This document shows positions 1 to 12,600 of a DNA stretch of 64,000 bases, piece after piece (positions within the stretch are counted from its first letter, which is position 1; every line of letters starts with the position of its first letter). The notes under the pieces were generated by a model. It saw only the letters and a program-made list of their open reading frames with translations, was not told the origin of the DNA and did not search any database. The stretch spans positions 310,001-374,000 of the forward strand of contig JAQGDQ010000126.1 of assembly GCA_030141605.1 (NCBI GenBank). The letters run 5' to 3'. The DNA comes from Tubiluchus corallicola (Eukaryota > Animalia > Priapulida). The translations under genes were made by a program, and so were the position numbers.

Positions 1-3000
1 AATTGATTGCGATGAAAGATAACCTAATTTACTTACATTTCAGTTGGTTTTTGAGTTTGTGTGTGTGGTTTTTCATGTGTCTGCAATTTTCACGTTAGTT
101 ATTTAATTGCAGTTTTTAGACAGTTAGCGGTAACGTTTTGCAAAATTAACATCAAGGTCTAGCGTGTTGGAAGCTCGCCTAGCTGCGCCTCTACTAGCAC
201 CTGTGCGGCTGTGTCCCCCACACTCGCCTGCGTCGGTGTCGATTATATAAAGCTGTACCTCCTTTGGGGTAATAACAGTTATCGGACAGTTATAGGTAAT
301 ATTTACAACTCATTACGTAGATGTAGAACAAAGGAAGCAAGACGTAAATAAAATGGGTTAAAAATGAGTATCGTAATTAGTAAATAAATGTAGTTTTCTT
401 CCTGCAGCAAATAAAACAAACTGTAGCGTGGATTTTTCAGCAATTACACCCAGCTAGAGTTAAGCTTCTTTTTACGATTCAGCTGTCAGAGTTTTAAGAG
501 GCAATATACATTGAAGTGAAATAACTTACTAGATGCTTAGGGCTTGTGTTACCCATTTAATGTTTTTTAGTTCTGCTTGTTTAGCTTAACTGACGTGAAG
601 GCGAATGGAGTGCTTTGTAGTTATTAATGTTAAAAATAAACTTAAACTTCAGAATTCTTGTTCATATATATACGTATGCACTTTTTGATGACTGAATCAG
701 TTACAATGACTTTCTAAAGCTTTTTTAGTGTACTATACACGCGTTTATCACTCTTGCGAAGAAAATCTGTGCACAAAAATGATTATAAGAGTGATTGTGA
801 CATTCCTAATTTTAGGAGAAATAATTAATCTGTTTTCAGACGCTAATACAGGTAAGAGCTAAAGACGTCACTAATTTTCCACAAATTCCGCGAACATTTG
901 ACCGACAGGAAGCAGTGGAATTGACTCAACATTTTCTCTTGATGGCACGAATTACATGGTTTTGAAAGGTGGCACACCAAATCTGTTATAGCCAGTAATT
1001 GTGCTCCTTTAGTAAAATCATAGCCAGATGCAATTTTAAAGATGACCATAGCTCTTATTCTTGAGCAAAGGCATGCAAATCTTTTAAGTCAATTATGCAA
1101 TGTTGTGCGTAATAATAAGCAGTGAACAGTAATTAGTTTGCGTCATGCTCCATGCATGTGAAGGCTCTCAGTAATAACGAACAAATAAAATCTGTAAATC
1201 TGACACAGTTAAAATGAGGAATTGTACTGCACGAAAGCAGTAATTTAGTTGTGGGAGCAATGATATAACCTGGGTATAAAGAAACAATTATCTAGTAATT
1301 TGAATAAGTGATGACATCTCAAGGTTATGGGATTAAGAAAGGACTATCACATGAACAATTGAAGAAGAAAACGATTATGTCCTAATTAGATTGTTTTGGT
1401 GTGGTTCTCCAACGCAATTTTCCATGGAGTACATGAAAACTCAGCCATTTTTTATTTGTATTAAATCTAGTTTACTTAGCGCTTTCATTTGCATTAGCAT
1501 GGCAGTTTTGGTTTGTTATAGTGCGTAGTTCTCTAGTGTAACACTTTTGGTCCAAGATCTCAAAATTGCTCAAGGTTGGCGTAGGGCCACCCTCAATATT
1601 CTTAACGAGGACCATCAGAAGATCATAAAACCACCGAGAGAAAAACTTACACGGAAAAAGCAAGGTTCACCTCACCGGCTGTCGGACTAGTGCTACTGTT
1701 ACAAAAAACAACTTGGCAGAAATATTTTTTAGGACCTGGAATGCAATGATTATTGGTATTTGGTAACTGACCAATTAACAAAACACTAGGCGTCTCCTCG
1801 TCGGTCACCTTACCAATATCACTTCTCTAGCACAATAAAAGCTTGTAAGCTTCACTGAAATACATCTTGTATGCAATGAGCTTGTGTAACAGGCAACTCA
1901 CTATGAGGTCCTCGATATAAAACTATTACAAAAATGCAAAAAGTCGTCACTATAATATAAAGTATCAAGACTTTTTATTTATTTTTATTGCACGCACAAG
2001 AAGACCAGGAGGGCATTCCTGAAGAAGTGACAATTACATCGATAGATGACGTTACTATACCATTGATTGTAGAACTGAAAAACAACAATGTTTCGAAAGA
2101 ACATCTTCCCTTTCTTCAGAAGTCATTACCAAGAGAATACATTAAACACAATGTAATGCCAGTTATTTTGGAGCAGTATATGGCAGAATATCCGGGAAAG
2201 TTGTCCATAGGTGATACCAGTGGTAAGCTGTAATCAATTTCTTCGGGAGTATCACTATTATATGTGATTTTATGTAAGTGTTATATATCACATCATTGTT
2301 GATTAGCGTGCTGATTCCTCACGGTAATGCATGCTACAGTGCAGAACGTTACAGTTTCGTAATGCTATTGCACGCATTATAGTGCCGAGCTTATTAATGT
2401 CGTGCAACATAAAAAACAAAAAGTTTGTTACCCAATGTTAATTAAATTTAGAGACTATTATTTTCCATGTTTTCTAGTCAAGCGTCTCAAAATTTTTACA
2501 GTTTTAAAAGCTAGCAACTGACGAAAAATAAATACTTTTGGTACTAGAAATGAGTTTCCAGATACAATGTTCCTTGCTGTGAGTTATTTTGCTACTACCA
2601 TACCTGCAATAATTAATTCACCTAGATTTCATCGAAAACATGTACTGATGCCAGACACCCGCGTGCAGCTTGGCTAATATTGCGCTGCAGACACGCTACA
2701 TGAATATCTTAAATTTGCAATCTTTTTGAGATTTAACCAGGTGTGGTTTCTTGTGCAGTATCTCTCAGGTGTGCCATTTGAAGTGACTGGTACATTACCA
2801 AAATCTAAGTGTTAAATAAACCACTCACCGAGGCACCAGTAACCTTGATCTAACCTTAGGTCCATTACAACCTTACAATGAACGCTGCGAAAATTAAGTT
2901 AAGAAGTTGCAATTCTCGAAGCCGTACTACTTTTATACAGTTATTATATCTTATGTAATGAATTGAGAAATCAATCTGTTGGTCTTTTCAAATGATTAAA

Positions 3001-3056
3001 TACATGCAGTTATTTAGCAAAGTGAAGGTTTAGGTTAGATTAGCAACCACGTGCTG

Positions 3057-3066
3057 CATCATCATT

Positions 3067-3164
<98 letters not shown>
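3057..3164. repeat. (CAT)n microsatellite
   Basis: About 36 near-perfect CAT units; explains the poly-His ORF 3051..3302. Confidence 0.97.
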
Positions 3165-3318
3165 TCTGGATTTTCCTTCATTCAAGCAAAGAAACATCTG
3201 TACGTTACACTGTTAAAGGGAATCCATTTGTCACAACGAATGCAGGCTTTTTATAATTTCGGATTGAAATGTACTTTAGTAAACACTGAAGGGAAACGTT
3301 AACACATTTTTCGAGAAT

Positions 3319-3647
3319 ATGCTAATGTGCACCATTTTCAGAAAACACGTTGGCGCAATAGCTGCATTCATTGTTTTGCCACGTTTAGCGTTTCCAGCTA
3401 TCACGTTCGACTTACAATTTCCGGGCAAGTGGGATACGGATTATGCGATGCTTCAGAGCCAAGATGGTTTGCCCGAACTAGCCGAGTTTACAATCTGCTT
3501 TCGTATACGAACTGAAGACCAGCAGACAGAAATGGCTATTCTCACTTACCACACTGACATGGAGTGCGCTGACTGTGAAGAATTGCAGATATATTTAGCA
3601 AACGAAAATTTGTTTCTGATTGTTAAAGGAACTGGCGCAAGGCATTT
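3319..3647 (+). CDS. Exon 1: signal-peptide-like segment and N-half of pentraxin domain
   Basis: MLMCTIFRKHVGAIAAFIVLPRLAFPA then LQFP...DYAML...LAEFTICFRIRT...AILTY...EELQIY, matching the pentraxin pattern LxxFTxCxW/F...xxSY...NExxI; donor tt|gtaagt. Confidence 0.85.
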
Positions 3648-6600
3648 GTAAGTAGGTCTCAAATCGGGCATTTTCAAGTATGCTTCAGTTGTTATTTTGG
3701 CTATATTGTCTATATTAAAGTGAATTTTTTGGCGAATTTTTGTTTTTCTTGTTTACTTGCTTATTTACCTGTATTGTCTGCAAAATGTAGGAAACTTTGC
3801 GGAAGGCTGTCCCGTGCGTCCACTTTTTTATAAATCGCGGCAAATCAAGGCAAGACACAACAGCAAAAATGTGAAAAAGTCAACCTCGTTAAAACACCCC
3901 ATTTATAAGGCCAACTTTTAGCAACTTTTGGCGAAAGTCTATATTTGCACAGACATGTATGTAGTATACCTTGTTATAATACCAAACTCGTTGAATGTAC
4001 AATATTTAATGCTAACTTTTTTGCCGTCCCAAAGGTACAAAGGACATATCCATACAGATAGTCCAGAAGAATAGAATTTTTATGATAATTTGTTAAGTAA
4101 CTAGTAAGACGTACTTGTAGCGTCCAAGAATTTGTGTTTAAACATTTTGCTTATAGGTTATTTGTATGCAAGAGAAGACAACTGTAGTAATGGTCATAAA
4201 TCATGGATAATTTCATTAAAATTATTTAGTGCAAGCAATGAAAAACAGATGATTACAATTTAAACTTCAAGGCAAAATTAGCGTTGTAGATGTGTAAAAT
4301 ATTATTCTGCAATTGATATAAAGTTCTAAATGCTGATTGTACAAAATGGAAATGGAAAATGAGTGTACAATTTCATTTCAGAGATGGCGGCGCAGTAAGT
4401 TTTGGTCCAGAATATCGGAACGGTGAGTGGCATGCAGTATGTGCTACGTGGTGGAATCTAGATGGAGGTTGGTCAGTGTTTGTGGACGGCGTTGAAATTG
4501 GGAACGGCACCAGTCTAAGGCCCGGGAAGTACATCAAAAGTGGAGGTTTTCTGATAATCGGACAGGATGTAGATCCTATCGAAGGAAGCCTCAACTTTGA
4601 AGCATTTCAAAGCTTTACTGGAGTTCTGAGCGATTTGCAGATATTCAGCTATGCGATGATTTTGGAAGAGCTTTTACCAATTCAAACAAAATGCAAACAT
4701 GTACAAGGTGACATAATTTCCTGGCAGCATGTTCAGGGGTCAAGGTGGCTAAAATTGGGTGGCCTGAAGATGGTTAGACCAACTTCATCTTGCAGAAAAA
4801 AGGTGAAAGGTAGGGATATTACACAAGATTTGCAATTACGCTCGAAAAGAATTAGAAATGCAACATATATAATGACACTCTGTTGCGGTAGTAAATACAC
4901 AGTTAAATCTTGTAGTTTATAAAAATAGTAATATATTTTTTTTAATTTTGTGAACTTTTTATCAGTTTCAAAATCTTAGATTGGCATATTAAACGCGTTC
5001 AAATGAGACAATAATCTCTGTAGGATGATACATTTCACCCCATGTGAAGCAGCTGTCACAATAATTGTTGTCAATTAGCAGTTTGGGACTTTTAAATTAG
5101 TAATTTTAAATATTTGACATTCTTGGCCTATTGCAGGAAAAGTATTACGACCTTATTGGTTAGTGGAGCCACCTGGACCATATGCTGTTGGCGTCACTAT
5201 GGTAACCGATGTTTTAAAACACCACCTTAGAAAATGTAGTTTTTTGCTGTCAACACTGTACTGTGAAACAGTCATAAGATAATATTGGCTGTTTTTTCTA
5301 CTTCTTAAATATATTTTTAATTCCAATTATACCAATTATAGAAACAATTATGTATTTGCTATTGTTCAATAAAAGTACTCACGTTACCACGTATGAGTAT
5401 ACCAATTTGATTTGGCATTCCAAATTCGTAATTATTCTAAGTAATTTAAGTAATAAAAGAAACGGTACGCCATCACTTTTCTTATCCAGAACTTTAAAGT
5501 TCAGGTTCATCATCGCCATTCAACGTACGCTTTGACTAATGCTGTTGAAGTAGCTCAATTTTTTGGTTCTAAACATAATATTTTCATTTGACTGCAGCAA
5601 CAACCGTTTCTAATGGTTAATGACGTCAATTTGGTTGGCTTCACTGTTGATTTGATGGATGCTATCAGTATGGGTGGTCAATATTTTACTTACAAATTCG
5701 TTATATTTGACCATCTAGGACGAAATCAAACAGGTGCTTTGTGCAAACTTTCACTCGGAGTGAGTATTGACTTTTAATTAATTTGCGTAGGAGAGGGGTA
5801 ACCGTTGCCAAACTAACAGCAAATGCTGTTTTAGATCGCTGTCGTAATGATTTTAACAATATTGCAAGTAATCAAAATTTAAGCAATGAAATGAAAATTC
5901 AGAACACTCGGAAACTAAATAATGAGATAAAATAAAGTTTAAATCTCAGTTAAAACTTATTAGACGCCGGCCGAGATTATTTCTTTGCGGGGCGGGTGGC
6001 AAATTGAAAAGCTATGGTGAAGCAGGATAATCTTTGTCAAATCTTTGTGGTTTTAAATGAAATCACAGTCATCGGTTGTGCCTGCATAATTGACTATAAA
6101 AAGTAACATTAGCTTACCCACTTTACCGTACACATTGGGAGAATCGTTAAATTTTTACTTTAAAACATGAAATTCATTTTGTAATTATCAGTTGAAGAAA
6201 ATATTTGTAAAGATACATCTGTACAGTCTTCACGAAATGTGAAATGAAACATAAAATTGGTAAATCTAGTGCGCCAATTGACCATAAGCAATTTGATTTA
6301 TCCTTTAAATCCAGTGAGCAAATTGCTTCTGACATTCAATACATTGAGGTGTTACTAATCTAGTTTGTTTGCTACATAAAGGTTATAGACATACTAGCTG
6401 CTCCCACTACAATGACAAAGGAACGTCGAGAAGTGGTGACTTTCACACGCAAGTATATGACGTTCGGACTAACAATGATTATAAAAATACCAGGAGAACA
6501 GCACAGTATCTCCACAGTCGGTCACCTTGCAGCTGCTTTTCCTTGGCTCACTTGGCTTCTTACTATTGGCTCATTTATTCTCATGGCAGTTACAATGTGC

Positions 6601-9600
6601 ATCATTAACAGGTTTGTCTGTTCGTGCCATTTTAAATTTATGTGAGTAGCAATAAGTAATAAGTTGGTAGCCTGCAGCTCATAGTCTTATTGGCTATGTA
6701 GTACTGAGCCAAGGCGATTAGCAACTCGCAGGAGTATAATTACATTGTTCTATTCATCATTGTCGGAAGCGCCAGCGATATACGTAGCAAAATAATCTTT
6801 GTTGTTAACCAAACTTAGAAAAATAGTTAACAAAATAAATTAACAAAACGTACTTAGAAAGATAATTAACAAAATAAATTAAAAAGAGCGAAGCCTCTAG
6901 AAGACGTAATTAAACTACCTCTATAAAACCGTTTTTCTGTTTTTCTAGTTAAAATGATAGTTAAATCCTTTATTAAACATTTTAGTTTGATCAATGTAAA
7001 TTGTAAAGTTGCAAAAAATTCACGCGTTTTCCTTATTGGCAACAAGTAGATGTATAATTTTCAGTATTTTCAGTAAGCCCTTCAACATGCAGTTTATCTG
7101 TTGCTGCGGCAGGGAACGTGGAAATAATTAAAAGAAACGTGGCACATTCCGTTGGTAAATTACGACGTTAATTTTTCTATTATTTCACACAGAATGGATC
7201 CCTATGAAAGACGTCTACAATTCAAACGGGAGGGAAAGGGTACAGAGATGGACTTGGTAGAGTTTGGCGCCGAGGGATCAATGTATTGGCTATCAAGCAT
7301 GATTCTTCAACAAGGTATGAAACATTACATCAAAATCACCTTTTAGGAAAAGCTTAATTTGGTAACTAAAAAAACCGCATTTAGATTTTCACCGCAAAAA
7401 TGCAAATTAATTAAAATGTCCGTACAACTTAATTATAGCTGACAAATGTTTGAGAACATTTCGTGAACATTCAACTACTGATTATTATTTTTGTTTTCGT
7501 TATTATCTTTTACTTCCATTATTATAATTTGTCATAACAACCAATATTTGAAAAGAGCCATGAAATTAAAAATTTATGAATTCTTAGATAATAGATATAA
7601 TGCTTTCAAATAAAAAAATAATCAGAGTGAAGTACATTTCAAAGTTTCAAACATTATTTTTCTAGCGTCAATGTTCAATAATATTAGGAGCTTACAGCCA
7701 GAGAGACACTCACTGCAATGTATGTTCACTTAAAGTAAAAAAATCTACGTAAGAGTTTGATATTCGTACTTTGTTACAGAAACAACGGTGCTCAGATCAC
7801 AGTGGATTTTTTTGTCAATTTCTCTCTATTTAATTCAGTCTACACAATTTCTTAAAGTTAACATTAAAGTTAACACTTAGACCGAGTCGTCGGGATCAAA
7901 ATCGAGCTTAGAACCAGACGTACGTTTTTTCTAGCAACATTGTTTACTCACCTATTTTAAAATGCACACGATTTTTTTATCTCTTGGCAGGTTATAACGC
8001 TGAACCAGTATCAAGAGCTGGTCGTGTGTTATTGGTCACTTGGTGGATATTCTCACTCTTCATGCTGCTCTCGTATGCTGTCAATCTCATATCTAACAAT
8101 CTCAACGTCCATGGTAACGCGGATGGCATACTCTCTAGGATACATTCTATTGAGGATCTTCTTAAACAAGACGACCTAGAATTTGGCTGTGTGGAAGGTT
8201 ACGCTACTGAAGAGTTTTTTAGAGCCTCTGAAAATATTTACGTTAAGAAGGCTTACGAAAAAATGCAGAACTGGCATTCGATGGTAAGAGACTAATACAG
8301 GTGTCTGTGCGCGACGGGCGCTAAAATATGAGTGCAACAATTTCTTAGATGTAGTTAATAGTTTTTATTGTTCAAAATGGTATTTTAGTCATTGTCGCCA
8401 CAAACCATAATCATCATTACATCTTGACAGATTTGACTGACTGACATTATATCATCTACGACTGGTCTTCATTTTCTCTGAAGAAAACAAAACAATTTGT
8501 GCTAAACAAAGCATCAAAACTTAATGATAATGGAATACGTTGAAATTAAATCTACATCTTTGACCATCTTTGATTGCAAATGAGAATTCGTCTGACAGAA
8601 ATTTTAACAGAAAACGACTTGACATACTGGACAAATGACTCCTTTACTACCTTGCCTCGAAATGAGACCAATCTATTCCAGCAAAACCTGTCTACGAACA
8701 GGTCTAATTTTAGAAAGCAAACACTGGGAAGCACCACATGTTTATATCCAAAAAAGTGTCTCAAAAGTCAGTACTGATTTGCAGTTTTCTCTTCCAAATT
8801 TTCTCAAATTTCGGCAAACTCTAATATGAATGAAATGGGGTCTTTGACGATTCTTTTTGCTTAAATTTTGACTGACTTTCCGTTACTATGGAAACGGTCC
8901 TAACGTTAGAGATATGATGCAAGAACTCAAACCGGCAAGAGGCTTTTCGATCACTGGAGTGCAGCGGTTTGTGGACACTACGCTCTCGCTATTTATAACG
9001 CAGTTTTTAACAAAGTGGAACCCGTCCTCACTACTCGCAGCTGTGAGTGACTTTCTCAAAGCAAGATAACCCGACTTGACACTGGATGGGTCATTGAGGT
9101 TTTTTGCCTGGAAATTTGTGACTTGACAGATTTGACAGCCAGCAGGACACCCTGTTTACTTGAACAAATCTCCTCTTACTTAAGTCTTCAAAAATTGACG
9201 TCAGAAAAATTCTCGTCAGCACCACAAGTAAAGCATTATTCAGCAACTACATTTATGCAGAACTAATTCTTGATTCTATTTTATAAGCATTTTTTACAAA
9301 TTCATTGTACAGACAAAATCAATTGATGAAGGATATAACAGAGTAAAACAAGGCGGATATGTTTTCTTCTTGGAGTCCGTCTACGCAGAGTACTTGGCAA
9401 ATAAAGACTGTTCGATTATAATTCTCGGAGACCCTATCAACGAGGAAAGCTTTGGGCTTGCAACACCTGAGCTCAGCCTAGAAAATACTCTTCTCAGTGT
9501 TAGACTGGAACATTTGCTAATGGATGGTACCATACAAAATCTGTAAGTAAGATACCGGCAGTAGGGAGAGCCTACATTTAATAGTATACACAGTTGCAAA

Positions 9601-12600
9601 AATTGCAGATCTTTCATCTAAACCTTTTACAAATTCTCATCTATAGGCAATTTAAGAGTTTCAAGCCAAATACAGTCTTAACTATGTTCAGCGACAATTG
9701 TCAAGAATCCCGCACCTCATGTTAATTTTTATTGCTCAGTGGTTTTGAGGTCTTGTGAGTCTGGAGCTCAAAAAATGGGTGACACTTGTGACGGACCACT
9801 TATATGTGCTGTTTATTTTTGTCATGATCGTGAACCTATTTATCTAGTTTGGCTCGAAAGTGCACCTCACAAAAGAAATTGGTTCTTATTAACCATCAAA
9901 TTAAAGATGTGTTGAGCCGAAACACGGATTTTCCTGGAACACTTATATGTGTTGATTATTTTTGTCATGATCGTGAACCTATTTATTTAGTTTGGCTCGA
10001 AAGTGCACCTCACAAAAGAAATTGGTTCTTATTAACCATCAAATTAAAGATGTGTCGAGCCGAAACACGGATTTTCCTAAAGCACGTGCTGTGAGTTTTG
10101 TTTTATTTCCCTAACGTGTACCGTCGTTACTATTGCAATATAATATTTAGGAAAACTAGTGGACGTTTTTGCTGGGCCAAAAACTGTGGTAAGATTCTGC
10201 TTCTGTGATTGGAGATGCTTTATGTGACAGCCTTTCAAAAGAATTTTTTTTGTAGTTGACATTTTACATGTAAGTACTGTTGTGCTTGACATTAAAAGCT
10301 TCAGTGAAATCAGAACTTGTCACTTTTTCACTAGTGGTCCATAACTCAAGGCTGTGATGGGCATAATTGCGAATCCATTGAATTCGCCATGCTTGATTAC
10401 TTAGGAACTCGATTTCGTTTTAGTAAAATCATTCGATACTATACTTTCTTGACAAGTGACTAATCACCAGCCTAATTCTGAGCAGTTCCTGTGTTGCTTT
10501 TCTTAGCAACGAAACACACAACGTAGCCACACAAGTATTTCCTTTCCTAGTTATCAGTGAGTGTCAGAAAATTGCAAAGTAATTAATTTCACTAGCATTT
10601 TAACGTTAACACATGTAACTAACATGTAATTAACTAATGTAACTAACGGAAAAAGTTCTGCCATGCCCTCTATGACCTTTTACCTGAGGGTAACGGGTTG
10701 CACAAAAACATAAATTCCCCTACCTATGCCGTGTGCCTTGTGAGTTTTGTAAACCTAGCCAGTACGTGTGCGAGTTATTAAACAGAAAGGCATAAATAAA
10801 TAAAGAAATCATAAAAACCGGGAGTAAATCAAGGAGATTCTGCTGCAATCTTACGGCAATCTCAGTTAATCCAAATAAGCTAGGTATTAAATTCAAATGC
10901 TTTATTTCATCACGCGTATGAAAACTGAGCTCAGGTTATTTTAAAACAAAGTGTACCGGTACCGGTTTACCACGTCAGAGCTCCAGTCTTGGTGTTCACA
11001 GCTTCTCCGTTCCATAATCATCGTTTTATCATTCCATACTGCAAAACAGAGCTACATCATTCCATTCTCATGTCCTATGGTTCCATGCCATACCATCCGT
11101 CATACGATCCTGTATTAAGTTCCGACAACTGCCAGCTCACTTCACGGATCGCCACCTCTTCGCCTCACCGCTCGTATTGTAGCTTCCTCGTTACACGTCA
11201 GTCTAGCTTGCCTGACTCCGCTCACCAACTTGCTAGGAGTTTCACCAATGCAAGTTTAGATTAGGTTCCGTTTTCCCTAGACCAATTAACAAGCCATTTT
11301 GTCTCTAGCTATATCGTTTGAAGAAGTTTCACAATAATATTTATCAAAGCGTCCCATTAACATCGTCAAATAAACGTTCAAACTGAGTAGTATAGACAGA
11401 CTTTAGACGTGCCTGCCATACCTTCAATATGCTCAGTAACCAAACCTCAACTGTGTAGAAAGATCGAGAAATTCACTTCTTCTCGACGACTTACATGAAT
11501 CACCCGTTGTATTTAGGCATTTTTAAAATAAACAATGAGGAAAGTATTCATTAAACATAACTATGTTACTTGTACTAATTTCACAACTGTACATATGCAA
11601 AAGTAAACTGCTTCATCTCGTACAGAAGTGTTTTAAGTTCAAATAATCTCAACACTATAGCGAGCAACATATAAGAAATTAATCTAATTAATAAAGATAT
11701 AAATTGTCGGACGTCCGATAGGGTACGAAAATAATGCACTTTTACAAACAACTTTCAGGGTCTTTTGAAGGTCAATCGATATTATTTTAAGAAAAACGGG
11801 GATAAGGGTGATTTAAATCATTCCACTTGGTACTGAAATTTTAAAGAAAGGCACGTTAAGTTACCAAAAATATGTCAGAGCTTATTTTCATATCAAGGTC
11901 AAGGTTTTTGCGATGTATCATTAAAAGAAAATCAATTTATTTCAGAAAAAAAGTATAGTTTGGAGTATAAGTTGGCAATTTGCACGTGATTCACTCAAAA
12001 TCTTAAGCCTAAGTTTCATGCTGCTGTGTTGATTTCGTGATGCCTTTTTAAGCAAAGCGTCTTACTGGGTTGCCCTCATGTTACCTTGGTGCTCCTGTAT
12101 TATACAGTTGTCCAGCTAGTAATCTACCCTGGGATATAGATTGTACATGAATGGAAATATTTTGCTAAGCAGAGGTTTAAATTGTAAGTGTGAGGATTTT
12201 TCCTGAATTTCAAACACCAGGTGGCAGCAGTTAAAGTTAAAAGGGGGGACTGTAGATACTGACGTGGCAAGGCTTAATGTATGAATCGAGGAGCTAATTT
12301 TTGTTATTGTGTTTGCCAAATATTTGTATTTTTTATTGTCTTAGTGCTACATGCATTTCATCTTTGAGCCAACTATATGCTGCTATATGATGTAAGTAAT
12401 TAAGAGAGTTACATCCCCCTTTCTTGAATTTCTAAATCTGTATTCACACATCAGAAAACGTACTATAAGATTTTAGGCTACAATTTTACTTTTTAATTAG
12501 CTATACTTTGGATTTGAGCGTCTTGCGCTAAGCCGTATACTTATTTTACTCAAACATTTGGCGTGCTTTTCTTAATTTGCAGATTAAACGATAATACTAC

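Noticed and set aside
3051-3302. Poly-His ORF
   Set aside because: Translation of a (CAT)n microsatellite with a GTG start; no homology evident.
4810-4922. In-frame read-through making a stand-alone secreted pentraxin
   Set aside because: A usable donor at 4810 joins in phase to exons 3-4, and the iGluR exons otherwise lack an N-terminus. It remains possible as an intron-retention isoform.
10989-11264. 91-aa ORF in intron 8
   Set aside because: No recognisable motif; GC-richer patch more likely a decayed transposon fragment that I cannot assign.
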